Source of the DNA: Methanothermobacter thermautotrophicus str. Delta H
GTDB lineage: Archaea > Methanobacteriota > Methanobacteria > Methanobacteriales > Methanothermobacteraceae
Direction of reading: 5' to 3'
DNA length: 32,000 bases
Assembly (NCBI RefSeq): GCF_000008645.1
Contig: NC_000916.1
Location: 1,290,001 to 1,322,000 of the forward strand
Shown here: positions 10,467 through 22,003 of the stretch, piece by piece
Position numbering within the stretch: the stretch's first letter is position 1
Layout of the letters: each line of letters begins with the position of its first letter
Notes under the pieces: model-generated
What the model was told of the DNA's origin: nothing
Seen by the model: only the letters and a program-made list of their open reading frames with translations
The model's database searches: none
Translations under genes and position numbers: made by a program

Positions 10467-10780
10467 GGGGAAGGGGTGCCCATGATTTCATCCAGGACCA
10501 GAACTTCACGTTCCTGGCCATAATAGTGGGGCTTTTGAATGTTTTCCTTCTCCTGATCCTTCTCGGAATTTATCTTTCAAGCTACAGGAAGATAAAGTCC
10601 AGCTTCACACTGGGACTGGTGGCCTTCACAGTCCTTCTGATATTGCAGAACACAATATTCATAATCTTCATGGTAACCAGGGAAGGATTCAGGGGTCATG
10701 GAATCGGATTTCCTGTTCTGAGTGTTAATATATGCCAGTTTGCAGCTTTAACAGTACTCCTGAGGATAGCATGGGAATAG
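10463..10780 (+). CDS. Small membrane protein translationally coupled to the wHTH regulator
   Basis: Start ATG 10463 overlaps upstream stop (ATGA); MRGRGAHDFIQDQNFTFLAIIVGLLNVFLLLILLGIYL... three predicted TM segments. Confidence 0.72.
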   Translation: MRGRGAHDFIQDQNFTFLAIIVGLLNVFLLLILLGIYLSSYRKIKSSFTLGLVAFTVLLILQNTIFIIFMVTREGFRGHGIGFPVLSVNICQFAALTVLLRIAWE

Positions 10781-10848
10781 TCTGTGTCTGCGGCCGCCTT
10801 ACCGTAGCTGGGCAGTGGTCTGCGCTGAGGGAGTAAGCCTGTGAAGTG

Positions 10849-10925
10849 TATGTGAATCATTACAGGTGTGTGGTCCGTGCTGGAAATTTAAGGCTGTGAA
10901 CTATATATATGTGAATCATTATAGG
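10849..10925. repeat. Two near-identical 18-mers TATGTGAATCATTAYAGG, 59 nt apart, upstream of the LSm-like gene
   Basis: 10849-10866 TATGTGAATCATTACAGG; 10908-10925 TATGTGAATCATTATAGG. Confidence 0.7.
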
Positions 10926-10953
10926 ATTACTAAATCAGTTAAGGGGATTAATA

Positions 10954-11157
10954 ATGAAGGGCAGTGACAAGGAATTCAGGGTTAACAAACAGTTTCTGAA
11001 ATTTAAAAATAAGAACGTTCTACTCACCCTGAAGAACAATGAAGAAACAAGGGGAAAACTCATATCAATCGACAACTACCTTAACACGGTTCTACAGACA
11101 GAAGAGGGCCTTCAGTTTATTAAGGGCACCAAGATAGCCTTCATAGCCATGGAATAA
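10954..11157 (+). CDS. Small archaeal LSm/Sm-like protein
   Basis: 67 aa; FLKFKNKNVLLTLKNNEETRGKLISIDNYLNTVLQ (Sm1-like) and IKGTKIAFIAME (short Sm2-like). Confidence 0.75.
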   Translation: MKGSDKEFRVNKQFLKFKNKNVLLTLKNNEETRGKLISIDNYLNTVLQTEEGLQFIKGTKIAFIAME

Positions 11158-11191
11158 GTGGGCACTGATTTTATCGGTGGAGGACCGGTAG

Positions 11192-12193
11192 CTAAACCTC
11201 CACCTCTATTCCAAGGATCTCCCTTTTACCATTATATATGTCTCTTGCTATCTGGCACTTCCCATGGAGCCTGAGGTGGGAATCCGTACACCTTACATCT
11301 GCGATTTCCTTCACCATATCCTTCAGCTTTCCATGGAAGTCATAGGGTTCCCTCATGGCACCAACAGATCCCGTGAGGACGATTCCATCGATTCCACTGG
11401 AGATACCTGCAAGTCCCCATATCTCCATGGCAATGGTCATCATCATGGTATCGAGGGCAAGCCTAGCCTCATCCCGACCTGCACGGTACATCTCAAGGAG
11501 TTCCTCCCTGGCCCTTGAGACCTTTGTGTCGATACCCGCTATCTTAACTGCTCCTGCATGTGAAAAACATTCATTCGCTGTTTTCTCACCATCGTCTATT
11601 TTCCTGAGCATTTCAAGGTCAAGGGGTCCGTGTATAACTCCCATGGCACCTACACATGCATCCATGGCACCGACTATCCTGCCATCCTGTATCAGCATCG
11701 TGACGGTATTTGAACTTATGTCTGATACGATCATATTCTCCCAGCCGGTCTCAAGGTATGCGTTGTAGCAGATGCTCACCTTCTCGGGGCTCGCATGGTG
11801 GGAGTAGGCTGCCCTGAACCTCTCATCAAGGCAGGGCGTGTTCCGGTGGAGGCCAGGTATGAGGAGGGTGGGTATCCCCGATGATTCGATTTCACTGTAT
11901 ACTGCTGTTCCACCGCCTGTGACCTTACCTGCCCCTCCAATGGAGATTATACCCCTGTTTTTCACCCTCTCAATGGGCTTTATGGTGCTTATGGCGTCAC
12001 CCATGGCATAGGTTATTGCCATGAGGTCTATCTCGTTGAGGGGAACCCTATCTTTGAGTTCATCAAGGGCGGAGGCTCTACCTGTTGATAGGTCCTCCCT
12101 CCCTATCTTGAAGTGTTCAGCATCATCACCGAGGATGGTGAAGGAGACACCCGTGGTCCCATGGTCCATACCCACGAATACCAAACCAACCAC
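11192..12193 (-). CDS. Putative methanogenesis marker protein 12 (UPF0285, ASKHA-like fold)
   Basis: MVGLVFVGMDHGTTGVSFTILG...AVYSEIESSGIPTLLIPGLHRNTPCLDERFRAAYSHHASPEKVSICYNA...; matches my recollection of this methanogen family. Confidence 0.85.
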   Translation of the reverse strand: MVGLVFVGMDHGTTGVSFTILGDDAEHFKIGREDLSTGRASALDELKDRVPLNEIDLMAITYAMGDAISTIKPIERVKNRGIISIGGAGKVTGGGTAVYSEIESSGIPTLLIPGLHRNTPCLDERFRAAYSHHASPEKVSICYNAYLETGWENMIVSDISSNTVTMLIQDGRIVGAMDACVGAMGVIHGPLDLEMLRKIDDGEKTANECFSHAGAVKIAGIDTKVSRAREELLEMYRAGRDEARLALDTMMMTIAMEIWGLAGISSGIDGIVLTGSVGAMREPYDFHGKLKDMVKEIADVRCTDSHLRLHGKCQIARDIYNGKREILGIEVEV

Positions 12194-12216
12194 CTGAAAA
12201 AGAAGTTAAGGGGGGT

Positions 12217-13218
12217 TTACTTCTCGAGTCCGCAGAGTTTCCTCAGCTTTGACCCGACTTCCTCTATCTCCAGTTCACTCTCCAGCTTCCTCATCCTCTT
12301 GAGCATGGGGGCACCCGCCCTGTTCTCAAGGGCCCACTCCTTGGCGAATTTACCGTTCTGGATCTCCTTGAGGATCTCATCCATTTCCTTCTCAGTCTCC
12401 TCTGTTATGATCCTTCCTCTCCTTGTAAGGCCGCCGAACTCTGCGGTGTTACTCACATTGTGCCACATCCCCCTGAATCCCCTCTCATAGATGAGGTCCA
12501 CTATGAGTTTGAGTTCATGGCAGGTTTCAAAGTAGGCTATCTCTGGCTGGTAACCGGCCCTCACAAGGGTTTTGAATGCCGTGTTTATGAGTTCTGTGAC
12601 ACCACCACAGAGCACAGCCTGCTCACCGAACAGGTCTGTCTCTGTTTCCTCCCTGAAGGTCGTCTCAAGGACCCCTGCCCTGGCAAGTCCACATGCCTTT
12701 GCCATTGCAAGTGCCTGCTCCATTGCATCGCCTGTTGCATCAACCTCAACAGCCACAAGGCCGGGTATGCCGAAGCCCTCAAGGTAGGTCCTCCTTACCA
12801 TGGCACCCGGACCCTTCGGGGCCACCATTGTAACGTTGACTCCTTCGGGTGCCTTTATGTAGCCGTAGTGTATGTTGTATCCATGTGAGAAGGATATGGT
12901 GTTACCCTCCTTGAGGTAGGGCCTTATTGACTGTTCGAAAACGGTTTCCTGTATCTCATCGGGTATGAGTATGTGTATGATGTCGGCCTCCCTTGAGGCG
13001 TCCTCGATGGTCATGACATTCATGCCATCATCATGGGCCTTCTTCCAGGAGCTACCACCCCTTCTGAGTCCAACTATCACGTTGAGTCCGCTGTCAGCCA
13101 TGTTCCTGGCCTGGGCTTCGCCCTGGCTCCCGTAACCTATAACCGCTATCTTTTTATCTGCCAGTATCTCCATGTCAATGTCATTTTCATAGTATATCTT
13201 CATAAAAAACCTCCTCAA
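12217..13218 (-). CDS. ilvC: Ketol-acid reductoisomerase
   Basis: [47 protein letters not shown]...; ATG at the internal MKIYYEND (about 13203) is the more likely start. Confidence 0.97.
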   Translation of the reverse strand: MRRFFMKIYYENDIDMEILADKKIAVIGYGSQGEAQARNMADSGLNVIVGLRRGGSSWKKAHDDGMNVMTIEDASREADIIHILIPDEIQETVFEQSIRPYLKEGNTISFSHGYNIHYGYIKAPEGVNVTMVAPKGPGAMVRRTYLEGFGIPGLVAVEVDATGDAMEQALAMAKACGLARAGVLETTFREETETDLFGEQAVLCGGVTELINTAFKTLVRAGYQPEIAYFETCHELKLIVDLIYERGFRGMWHNVSNTAEFGGLTRRGRIITEETEKEMDEILKEIQNGKFAKEWALENRAGAPMLKRMRKLESELEIEEVGSKLRKLCGLEK

Positions 13219-13293
13219 GTTCTAATTAACAGCTCATTTAAAATAAAATTTATGGGAGTCCCGGTCTGATCCGGAATTTTTCCGCATTGAGCA

Positions 13294-13806
13294 TCACATT
13301 GTCCTGCTTCCACGGGACATTGCAGTTGGCCCTGTCCTTGCGAGTTCCTTTATTCCAAAGTTCCTCAGAAGCTCCAGGAAGGCGTCTATCTTTTCAGAGT
13401 CCCCTGTAACCTCAACTGTCAGGGCATCGGGACTCACATCCACTATCCTCCCCCTGAATATGTTGGTGTACTGTATTATCTCTGACCTTTCACTCTCTGA
13501 TGGGGCGTGGACCTTGACCATGCAGAGCTCCCTCTTAACAGTTGCCGCGGGTTCAAGGTCCCTGACCTTTATGACGTCTATGAGCTTGTTCAGCTGCTTT
13601 GTTATCTGCTCAAGCACCCTGTCGTCGCCCCTGGCGATTATTGTCATCCTGGCAATGCCTGGGGTTTCTGATTCCCCGACCGTTATGTTTTCAATGTTGA
13701 ATCCACGTCTTGTGAAGAGTCCTGCAACTCGCTGGAGCACTCCTGGTTTGTGCTCCACGAGGGCGCTTATGATATGGGTATCGGGTTCCATCTCAATCAC
13801 CATCCG
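13294..13806 (-). CDS. ilvN: Acetolactate synthase small regulatory subunit (ACT domain)
   Basis: [43 protein letters not shown]; the ORF-track start at 13851 overlaps ilvB and is probably too early. Confidence 0.93.
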   Translation of the reverse strand, partial: RMVIEMEPDTHIISALVEHKPGVLQRVAGLFTRRGFNIENITVGESETPGIARMTIIARGDDRVLEQITKQLNKLIDVIKVRDLEPAATVKRELCMVKVHAPSESERSEIIQYTNIFRGRIVDVSPDALTVEVTGDSEKIDAFLELLRNFGIKELARTGPTAMSRGSRTM

Positions 13807-15517
13807 CCTTCCCTGGGGAGTATTTAATTTCCTGGGGGTCCTCCCTTTCAACCCGGTACTCCCCCACTATCTCGGTGAGACCACAGCCGGGGGGGACCAT
13901 GGGGAGTATCTCATCAGGATCTATCACTATATCAAGGAGGGCAGGTTCACCAGACCTTATTGCCCTTGAAAGGGCTTCAGAGGTTTCACCGGGTTCCTCT
14001 ATCCTCTCAGCCTCCACTCCAAATGATTCAGCCAGCTTCACAAAGTCCGGAACTTCGCCCAGGTGTGTATGGGACATTCTCTCATCATAGAAGAGGCGCT
14101 GCCACTGCGCCACCATTCCAAGGTGCCTGTTGTCCATGATACATATCACCACCGGGATGTCGTATTCCCTTATGGTTGCAAGGTCCTGGCAGACCATGAG
14201 GAATCCGCCGTCACCGCACACTGCAACAACGTCACTATCAGGCAGTGCCACCTTGGCACCTATGGCGGCTGGAAAACCGAAGCCCATTGTTCCAAGGCCT
14301 CCTGATGATATGAACTTTCTGGGGGCACGGGATGTGTAGAAGTGGGCCATCCACATCTGGTTCTGTCCCACATCCGTTGTAACGACCGTCTCGTCATCAA
14401 GGACCTGGCTTATCTCCTTTATAACCTGCTGGGGCTTCAGGGGCACCTCATCATAGCTCATCCTTGGCATGCAATCGGCACGGAATTTCTGGACGCTTTC
14501 AAGCCATTGGCTGTCCCTCTTTTCATATTTTTTGAGTTTTGCTATGAGTTCCCTGAGGACGTTTCTTGCATCTCCAACGATGGGGACATCAACCCCAACG
14601 TTCTTACCTATCTCAGCGGGGTCGATGTCGACGTGTATTATCCTGGCGTTGGGGGCGAATTCTGCAACGTTCCCTGTTGTACGGTCTGAGAATCTGCATC
14701 CAACGGCTATGAGGCAGTCGCATTCGTCCACTGTCAGGTTCGCCACCTTGCGGCCGTGCATGCCGAGCATACCCATGGCTGAAGGGTGGTCCTCAGGAAA
14801 GGAACCCTTACCAAGGAGTGTTGTTGTCACCGGGGCCTTTATGAGATCTGATAATTCCTTTATCTCCCTGGACGCCCCTGATATTATAACTCCTCCACCA
14901 GCAAGTATGACGGGTTTTTCTGACCTCCTTATGAGTTCAGCGGCCCTCTTTATCTGGAGGGGGTGGCCCTTTACATTGGGCCTGTACCCTGGGAGCTCCA
15001 GGTCATCAACCTCCTCCATGATCTCCTGTTCCTGTATATCCTTGGGGAGGTCTATAACAACCGGTCCTGGCCGTCCTGTCTTTGCTATGTGGAAGCTTGC
15101 CCTGACAATTGCAGGTATCTCGCTGGCGTCTGATGGCTGGAAACTGTGCTTGGTGATGGGCATGGTTATCCCTATCATGTCCACCTCCTGGAATGCATCA
15201 TTTCCAATGAGGTGTGTTGGGACCTGACCTGCAATGGCCACGATGGGGGCTGAGTCCATGTAGGCCGTTGCAATGCCTGTTACAAGGTTTGTTGCCCCGG
15301 GACCGGAGGTAGCTATGCAGACCCCCACCCTTCCTGAGGCCCTTGCATATCCGTCTGCAGCGTGTGCTGCGCACTGTTCATGTCTTACGAGGATGTGTTT
15401 AAGTTCAGAATCATAGAGCATATCATAGAGTGGCAGTAACTGTCCACCGGGGTATCCGAATACGGTGTCTGCTCCCTGATCCAGAAGTGATCTGATTATT
15501 GCCTGGCCACCTTTCAT
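13793..15517 (-). CDS. ilvB: Acetolactate synthase large subunit
   Basis: [62 protein letters not shown]...; ATG 15517 preceded by AAGGTG; track uses GTG at 15526. Confidence 0.97.
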   Translation of the reverse strand: MKGGQAIIRSLLDQGADTVFGYPGGQLLPLYDMLYDSELKHILVRHEQCAAHAADGYARASGRVGVCIATSGPGATNLVTGIATAYMDSAPIVAIAGQVPTHLIGNDAFQEVDMIGITMPITKHSFQPSDASEIPAIVRASFHIAKTGRPGPVVIDLPKDIQEQEIMEEVDDLELPGYRPNVKGHPLQIKRAAELIRRSEKPVILAGGGVIISGASREIKELSDLIKAPVTTTLLGKGSFPEDHPSAMGMLGMHGRKVANLTVDECDCLIAVGCRFSDRTTGNVAEFAPNARIIHVDIDPAEIGKNVGVDVPIVGDARNVLRELIAKLKKYEKRDSQWLESVQKFRADCMPRMSYDEVPLKPQQVIKEISQVLDDETVVTTDVGQNQMWMAHFYTSRAPRKFISSGGLGTMGFGFPAAIGAKVALPDSDVVAVCGDGGFLMVCQDLATIREYDIPVVICIMDNRHLGMVAQWQRLFYDERMSHTHLGEVPDFVKLAESFGVEAERIEEPGETSEALSRAIRSGEPALLDIVIDPDEILPMVPPGCGLTEIVGEYRVEREDPQEIKYSPGKADGD

Positions 15518-15540
15518 TGGAAACACCTTGAACGGAATCT

Positions 15541-15558
15541 GTCATTATTATTAATGAC
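15541..15558. promoter_or_regulatory. Inverted repeat GTCATTA-TTAT-TAATGAC near the expected ilvB transcription start
   Basis: Perfect 7-nt arms; minus-strand TATA-like GTATATATTTTATAGG lies about 15567-15582. Confidence 0.45.
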
Positions 15559-15653
15559 ATATTTCCTATAAAATATATACTTTCAAATAAGTGCTAAGAT
15601 TATATAAAACAATAGGGAGATTTAACCTTATCAATTTCCAGGAGGATTATCCG

Positions 15654-16964
15654 ATGAAAATACTTGTTGTGGGAACAGGAGCAAGGGAACATGCCATATG
15701 CAGTGCACTGGCAGATGAAGCAACCATATACTCTGTGATGGGTAACAGAAACCCGGGTATATCAAGGCTCGCAGGGAATTCACTGTTGCTCCTGAAGTTG
15801 ACACCGAAGGTGGTCAGGTTCGCATCAGAGAAGGGAGTTGACATGGCATTCATAGGGCCGGAGGCCCACCTTGAGGCTGGACTGGTGGACGCCCTTGAGG
15901 AGGCAGGTATACCCTCGGTGGGACCCACCAGGGATGCAGCCCGCATCGAAACAGATAAATCATTCATGCGCAAACTCTTTGAGGATTACAGAATACCGGG
16001 GTCAATAACCTACCGGGTCTTCAGTGACCCTGAGGAGCTACGTGAATTCATGGAAGACTTTGACAGTGAGGCAGTTGTAAAGCCAGTCGGCCTCACAGGA
16101 GGAAAGGGCGTCAAGATAGTTGGAGAACACCTCAGGGATAACATGGAGGCCCTCAAATACGCAACAGAGGTCATTGAGAAAAGGATAGGCGGTCATCCCA
16201 GTGTGGTGATAGAGGAGCGGGTTGTTGGAGAGGAATTCACTGTACAGGCCTTCTCCGACGGTGAACACATAGTGCCAATGCCAGCAGTCCAGGACCACCC
16301 CCACGCCTATGAGGGCGACCAGGGCCCCATAACAGGAGGGATGGGATCATATTCTGACTCAGACGGGCTTCTTCCATTCCTGACACAGAAGGACTATGAA
16401 GACGCCGTGGAAATAATGCAGAGGACGGTTGATGCCATAAGGAAGGAGACAGGGCCCTACAGGGGCATACTTTATGGTCAGTTCATGCTCTCTGCAGATG
16501 GTCCGAAACTCATAGAGTACAATGCACGATTCGGTGACCCTGAGGCAATGAACGTGCTCCCATTACTTGAATCCAGCATGCTGGAAATATGTGAGGGTAT
16601 AGTGGATGGAAACCTTAAATCAGCAAGTTTCATGAACCTTGCAACGGTCTGCAAGTATCTGGTACCTGAGGGCTACCCTGAATCAGGTGTTGCCGGCGCC
16701 GAGATAAAGGTTGACGAGAAGAAGATAGAGGATATGGGCGTCATAACCTATTATGCGGCTGTGAACCAGGAGGATGATCACATATACACATCATCATCCC
16801 GTGCACTTGCACTCGTGGCCCCTGCAGATGACATATACTCTGCAGAGGAGCTCTGTGAGGAAGCAACGGCCCATGTGAAGGGAAGGCTCTACCACAGGAG
16901 GGATATAGGTACCAGGGAACTCGTTGAGAAGAGGATTAAACATATGGAGGACCTGCGGTCCTGA
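15654..16964 (+). CDS. purD: Phosphoribosylamine-glycine ligase
   Basis: [19 protein letters not shown]...[10 protein letters not shown]...[11 protein letters not shown]; GGAGG SD at 15641-15645 supports ATG 15654 over track start 15591. Confidence 0.97.
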   Translation: MKILVVGTGAREHAICSALADEATIYSVMGNRNPGISRLAGNSLLLLKLTPKVVRFASEKGVDMAFIGPEAHLEAGLVDALEEAGIPSVGPTRDAARIETDKSFMRKLFEDYRIPGSITYRVFSDPEELREFMEDFDSEAVVKPVGLTGGKGVKIVGEHLRDNMEALKYATEVIEKRIGGHPSVVIEERVVGEEFTVQAFSDGEHIVPMPAVQDHPHAYEGDQGPITGGMGSYSDSDGLLPFLTQKDYEDAVEIMQRTVDAIRKETGPYRGILYGQFMLSADGPKLIEYNARFGDPEAMNVLPLLESSMLEICEGIVDGNLKSASFMNLATVCKYLVPEGYPESGVAGAEIKVDEKKIEDMGVITYYAAVNQEDDHIYTSSSRALALVAPADDIYSAEELCEEATAHVKGRLYHRRDIGTRELVEKRIKHMEDLRS

Positions 16965-16977
16965 GGGAGTTGGGCAG

Positions 16978-17883
16978 ATGAAGCACCTTCTATCTGTATG
17001 TGACATGGATAACGTGGTGGACCTCCTTGACCTCGCAGATGACTACAAGGAGGGGAAGATCAGGGAAAAGATCCTCAGGGGTAAAACACTTGCCATGATC
17101 TTTGAGAAGTCATCAACAAGGACCAGGGTATCCTTTGAGGTTGGGGCATTCCAGATGGGGGCTCAGCCCCTCTACCTCTCTGCATCGGACCTTCAGCTTG
17201 GAAGGGGCGAACCAATAGCGGATACAGCAAGGACCCTCAGCAGATACGTTGATGGAATAATGATAAGGGCCATAAGTCACTCCGACGTGGTTGAACTTGC
17301 AGGCGAGGCATCTGTCCCGGTCATCAATGGTCTGACAGACCTGGAACATCCATGCCAGGCCCTGGCCGATATGCAGACCATCAGGGAGAAGCTGGGGGGA
17401 TTCGATGGAAGGCTGGTTTTTGTGGGTGATGGTAACAATGTCTGCCACTCTCTCCTCCTCATAACAGCCACCCTGGGGATGGACATGGATGTTGCCTGCC
17501 CCCCCGGCTATGAACCTGACCCCGGCATCAGGGAGATGGCAGGGAAAATAGCAGATGAGACAGGTTCACGGATAAGGGTAATTCATGATCCCTCCGAGGC
17601 TGTCAGGGGGGCCGACGTGGTTTACACCGATGTCTGGGTGAGCATGGGATATGAAGACGAGGCTGAGGACCGTTTAGAGGTCTTCAGACCATACCAGGTG
17701 AATATGGAGCTCATGGAACTTGCAGCTCCCGAAGCCATATTCATGCACTGCCTGCCGGCTGTGAGGGGCCAGGAGACAACAGCCGAGGTTATTGACGGTC
17801 CCCATTCGGTTGTCTGGGATCAGGCAGAAAACAGGCTCCATGCCCAGAAGGCCATAATGCACTGGCTCATGGGGGATATATGA
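16978..17883 (+). CDS. argF: Ornithine carbamoyltransferase
   Basis: MKHLLSVCDMDNVVDLLDLADDYK...FEKSSTRTRVSFEVG...HCLPA; start inferred by homology, track start 16924 overlaps purD. Confidence 0.96.
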   Translation: MKHLLSVCDMDNVVDLLDLADDYKEGKIREKILRGKTLAMIFEKSSTRTRVSFEVGAFQMGAQPLYLSASDLQLGRGEPIADTARTLSRYVDGIMIRAISHSDVVELAGEASVPVINGLTDLEHPCQALADMQTIREKLGGFDGRLVFVGDGNNVCHSLLLITATLGMDMDVACPPGYEPDPGIREMAGKIADETGSRIRVIHDPSEAVRGADVVYTDVWVSMGYEDEAEDRLEVFRPYQVNMELMELAAPEAIFMHCLPAVRGQETTAEVIDGPHSVVWDQAENRLHAQKAIMHWLMGDI

Positions 17884-18126
17884 GTTCCACTCAGCAGGTT
17901 TATGGGCTTAAAGCTCATTAAAACCTTATCATATTCATTCAGGACACCAGAATCGTGACGCAGGGTGTATGGCAGGATCATATTCTTACCCCAGAATGCC
18001 ACTGATGCATGTTTAAAGAAATTTTTCATCCGTCAATTAATTAATAGAAAAACCTTAATGATCGTGATCCAGTCCAAAGACTCCAGGCCACTCAAAAAAA
18101 ATTTTAATGAAGGATCCGAAGTGATC

Positions 18127-19809
18127 CTACATGGTCTCCGGGGCATGAATTCCCAGGAGATTGAGGGCGTTTCTGAGGGTTTTTCTAACAGAATCAACAA
18201 GTCTAAGGCGTGCACCCTCAAAATCAGATCCTATAACAGGCGTGGACCTGTAGAAACTGTTGAAGGTATTTGCAAGGTCCTGGGCATACTGTGCCACAGG
18301 GTGAACCCTCCTTGCAAGTGCAGATTCTTCAACCACCACAGGGAAACGTGCAAGAAGACGGACAAGTTCTCTCTCATCACCTTCGGGCTTCCATCCATCT
18401 TCAATATCCTCCTCACCAGTGAATGACGCCTTCTCAAGGAGTTTACATGCCCTTGCATGGGCGTACTGGATGGATGCACAGCCACGCTCAAAGCTGAGGG
18501 CATCATCCCACCGGAATACGATGTGCTTCTCGGGTGAGAGCCTTGCTATGTAGTACCTTATGGCACCGTTGCCGATGGACTCTGCAATATCATCTGCAAC
18601 ATCATCGGGAAGATCCCGCCGCTTTTTAACCTCATGAAGGGCCCTGCTGTGGGCTTCATCCATAAGCTCATCCACGGATATGAACACACCCCTCCTGGTG
18701 GACATTGAACCCTCAGGGAGTGTTATGAACTCATAGAATATGACCTCGGGTCTTTTACCTCCCAGGAGTTCCACTGCAATCCCCACCTGCTCGGCTGCAA
18801 GTTTATGGTCCGATCCAAGGACATCGATGATAACATCCCCCTCCTCTGACTTCTGGAGGTGGTAGGCTATGTCCCTGGTTGAGTAGAGGGAGGTTCCATC
18901 TGACCGTGTGAGCACCAGTTCCTTCTCAAGGCCGAATTCCTCAAGGTCGAGGTATAGGACGTCGTTCTCGCCGGTGTAACCGGTTTTTCTGAGGGATTCT
19001 ATCACCCTGTCAACGGTACCATCCCTTACGAACTGGCCCTCCCATACGAAGCGGTCGTGGTGAACGTGGAGCCTTTTCATGGTCTCCTCCATCCCGCTGA
19101 GGCAGTACTCAACAACCTTCCTGAATAGCTCCTCGTTCTCCCCTGCCTCATACTTCCTTATTAGTTCATCCACCTCGTCCCTGATCCCTGGATTTTCCTT
19201 TAGCCTCTGGTTGACCTCGAAGTAGAGTTTACCTACCCTGTGGTCCATCTTATCCCCGGGGTAGTCCTCAAGGTCTCCATCAAGGTTCAGCAGGCCCCAG
19301 ACTATCATGGCGATCTGTCTACCCATGTCATTAACATAGTACTGGGTTTCGACGTCGTAGCCAGCCATCCTCAGTATCCTTGCAAGGGAATCCCCTATGA
19401 TGGCGTTCCTTATATGGCCTATGTGAAGGGGACCGTTGGGGTTGGCCGAGGTGTGTTCCAGGATCACCCTCTCATCCCTGGGGGGATGTGAACCGTAGTC
19501 ATCCTGGATGGACTCCAGTAGTCTGCTGGAGAATCTGCCGTAATCGACGAAAAAGTTGATGTAGGGCCCCTTGGATTCAATGGTCTCAAATATTTCAGGG
19601 GTTTCTATCACAGACATTATATCCGCCGTTATTTCAATGGGGGCCCTTCTGAGTTTACCTGCAAGTTCGAAGGATACTGTGGATGCAAGGTCCCCGAGCT
19701 GGGGGTTTGGTGGTTCCTCCAGTTTTATTTCAGGGGGTACCTTTATACCGAGCTTTTCAAGTGCCGCTGTTATTGAATCCCTAGCCTCTTTTTCAATGTA
19801 CCTGAACAT
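18127..19809 (-). CDS. argS: Arginyl-tRNA synthetase
   Basis: [48 protein letters not shown]; C-terminal ...LGIHAPETM. Confidence 0.97.
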   Translation of the reverse strand: MFRYIEKEARDSITAALEKLGIKVPPEIKLEEPPNPQLGDLASTVSFELAGKLRRAPIEITADIMSVIETPEIFETIESKGPYINFFVDYGRFSSRLLESIQDDYGSHPPRDERVILEHTSANPNGPLHIGHIRNAIIGDSLARILRMAGYDVETQYYVNDMGRQIAMIVWGLLNLDGDLEDYPGDKMDHRVGKLYFEVNQRLKENPGIRDEVDELIRKYEAGENEELFRKVVEYCLSGMEETMKRLHVHHDRFVWEGQFVRDGTVDRVIESLRKTGYTGENDVLYLDLEEFGLEKELVLTRSDGTSLYSTRDIAYHLQKSEEGDVIIDVLGSDHKLAAEQVGIAVELLGGKRPEVIFYEFITLPEGSMSTRRGVFISVDELMDEAHSRALHEVKKRRDLPDDVADDIAESIGNGAIRYYIARLSPEKHIVFRWDDALSFERGCASIQYAHARACKLLEKASFTGEEDIEDGWKPEGDERELVRLLARFPVVVEESALARRVHPVAQYAQDLANTFNSFYRSTPVIGSDFEGARLRLVDSVRKTLRNALNLLGIHAPETM

Positions 19810-19826
19810 CTCTTCACCTGCCTTAT

Positions 19827-20261
19827 TCAGAGTCCCTTAAGCCAGAGTGTTATGTATCCAACCCTAGGTATCATGAGGGGCTGTGAACCCACCGTCAGCA
19901 CCCTCGCCTCAACCTGTGATGGATAGACAGGGGCCGGGTCCGGGTCCTGGTTGTTATCACCCTTTGTGATGTAATATCTGGCCCCGTTTCTGTCAGTCTC
20001 AACGCCTATGACCCGGTGTATCACGGGTTCAGGGAACCAGGTGGCGTCATAGATGATTATGTCACCCTTTCTGATGCTTTCAGGGTCCATCTCCTGGACC
20101 CCGAAGAAGCTGGTCTTCTCGATTATGACGATGTCTCCACGGTAGAAGACGGGTTCCATGCTCCCTGATACAACCACGTTCATGTGCTGGGAGGCAACCA
20201 CTGCCAGCACAAGTAGAAGTAGGTACGCGGCTGCCTCAATTACTTCGCGTCTGTCGTTCAT
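19827..20261 (-). CDS. Archaeal-type signal peptidase I (S26B)
   Basis: [19 protein letters not shown]...VIHRVIGVE...[14 protein letters not shown]; Ser/His arrangement typical for archaeal enzymes. Confidence 0.92.
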   Translation of the reverse strand: MNDRREVIEAAAYLLLLVLAVVASQHMNVVVSGSMEPVFYRGDIVIIEKTSFFGVQEMDPESIRKGDIIIYDATWFPEPVIHRVIGVETDRNGARYYITKGDNNQDPDPAPVYPSQVEARVLTVGSQPLMIPRVGYITLWLKGL

Positions 20262-20269
20262 ATGGACAC

Positions 20270-21919
20270 CTATCTGAGTACTGCACCTGTATCTGCGGAT
20301 CCTGCCAGTTTACGGTAACGTGCAAGCCATCCCTTAACACTGCGGCGGGGTTTAACTGCACTCTGGAGTCTCTCCTCAATTTCCCGGGGACTAAGGTCAA
20401 CCTCAAGTTTTCTTGAGGGTATATCTATTCTGATGATGTCCCCATCATTCACCGCGGCAAGGGGACCGTCCTCCATGGCTTCAGGCGATACATGGCCAAC
20501 GCAGGGTCCCCTTGTACCACCTGAGAACCTTCCATCGGTTATAAGGGCGACCCTTTCAAGGCCCATGCCTGCAATCGCAGATGTCGGGTTGAGCATCTCC
20601 CTCATGCCGGGTCCTCCCTTGGGCCCCTCGTAGCGTATGACGATCACATCACCCTCATCTATCCTGCCACCGAATATGGCCTCCATGCATTCATCTTCAC
20701 TGTTAAAGACCTTCGCAGGACCCTCATGAACCATCATGTCCTCTGCAACGGCTCCCTGTTTCACGACCGATCCCCGGGGCGCCAGGTTACCCCTGAGTAT
20801 TGCAAGACCGCCCTCACTGTGGACTGGACTGTCAAGGGGCCTTATGACGTCCCTGTGTCCTACCTTCACATTCTCAATGTTCTCCTGGACTGTTCTGCCT
20901 GTGCATGTTACACATTCCCTGTTTATATGGTCCTCCAGGGTTTTTAAGACGGCGGGTATCCCGCCTGCCCGGTCAAGGTCCAGCATCATGTGTTCACCTG
21001 CCGGGGAGATTGATGCTATGTGGGGTATTACCCTGCTCAGCTCATCAAAGAGGTCCAGGTTGATGTTGAGTCCATCGATTTCAGCTGCGATGGCCGGGAT
21101 GTGGAGTGTGGTGTTTGTTGAACCCCCCAGGGCGAGGTCAACCATAACCGCATTCTCAAAGGCCTCCTGGCTCATTATCATGGTTGGCTTCAGATTTTCC
21201 TGCACCATTTCAACTATCCTCTTACCTGAGAGCCTTGCAATCTGCCTCTTACGTGAGCTTACGGCGTGGGCGGTTGCACAGCCAGGGAGGCTCATGCCCA
21301 GGGCCTCCGTCAGGCATGCCATGGTGTTGGCTGTGAATAGACCCGCACAGGATCTTGGCCCCGGGCAGGCGCATCTTTCGAGTTCTTCCAGTTCATCCTC
21401 TGACATCTCACCTGCGCTGACTGTTCCAACACCCTCATAAACGTTTATGAGGTCCACCTTTCTTCCCTTAAATTCTCCAGGGAGCATTGGCCCGCCGGTC
21501 ACGACTATGGCCGGTATGTCAAGTCTGGCCGCTGCCATGAGCATCCCCGGGACTATCTTGTCACAGGTTGGAAGCAGCACCAGCCCGTCAAGGGCATGGG
21601 CCATCGCCATGCTCTCCACGGTGTCTGCAACTATCTCCCTTGATGCCAGGGAGTACTTCATCCCGTCGTGGTTCATGGCTATTCCATCACATATCGCCAT
21701 GGTGTTGAATTCAAATGCGACACCCCCCGCAGCATTCACACCCTCCTTAACAGCCTCTGCAAGTTCCCTCAGGTGGATGTGGCCGGGAACTATGTCAGTG
21801 TAACTGTTGGCTATACCTATGAATGGTTTCTCGAAGTCATCATCTGTCAGGCCGCAGGCCCTCAGGAGGGATCGGTGGGGCGCCCTCTGGATTCCCCTCT
21901 TTATTGTATCACTCTTCAT
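20270..21919 (-). CDS. ilvD: Dihydroxy-acid dehydratase
   Basis: [50 protein letters not shown]...[14 protein letters not shown]...[21 protein letters not shown]. Confidence 0.98.
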   Translation of the reverse strand: MKSDTIKRGIQRAPHRSLLRACGLTDDDFEKPFIGIANSYTDIVPGHIHLRELAEAVKEGVNAAGGVAFEFNTMAICDGIAMNHDGMKYSLASREIVADTVESMAMAHALDGLVLLPTCDKIVPGMLMAAARLDIPAIVVTGGPMLPGEFKGRKVDLINVYEGVGTVSAGEMSEDELEELERCACPGPRSCAGLFTANTMACLTEALGMSLPGCATAHAVSSRKRQIARLSGKRIVEMVQENLKPTMIMSQEAFENAVMVDLALGGSTNTTLHIPAIAAEIDGLNINLDLFDELSRVIPHIASISPAGEHMMLDLDRAGGIPAVLKTLEDHINRECVTCTGRTVQENIENVKVGHRDVIRPLDSPVHSEGGLAILRGNLAPRGSVVKQGAVAEDMMVHEGPAKVFNSEDECMEAIFGGRIDEGDVIVIRYEGPKGGPGMREMLNPTSAIAGMGLERVALITDGRFSGGTRGPCVGHVSPEAMEDGPLAAVNDGDIIRIDIPSRKLEVDLSPREIEERLQSAVKPRRSVKGWLARYRKLAGSADTGAVLR

Positions 21920-22003
21920 GGAATCACCATTATTATCATCAACCCGATTATTATTAAATATTGGGGGATAATTAATATTAAAGTTACTGCCATATATTAT
22001 AAC

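Noticed and set aside
12460-12888. 142-aa plus-strand ORF opposite ilvC
   Set aside because: Antisense shadow; no supporting motif.
14469-15227. 252-aa plus-strand ORF opposite ilvB
   Set aside because: Antisense shadow of a strongly conserved coding gene; low-complexity Ser/Pro-rich translation with no recognisable domain.
20736-21440. 234-aa plus-strand ORF opposite ilvD
   Set aside because: Antisense shadow of ilvD; no domain or plausible start context.
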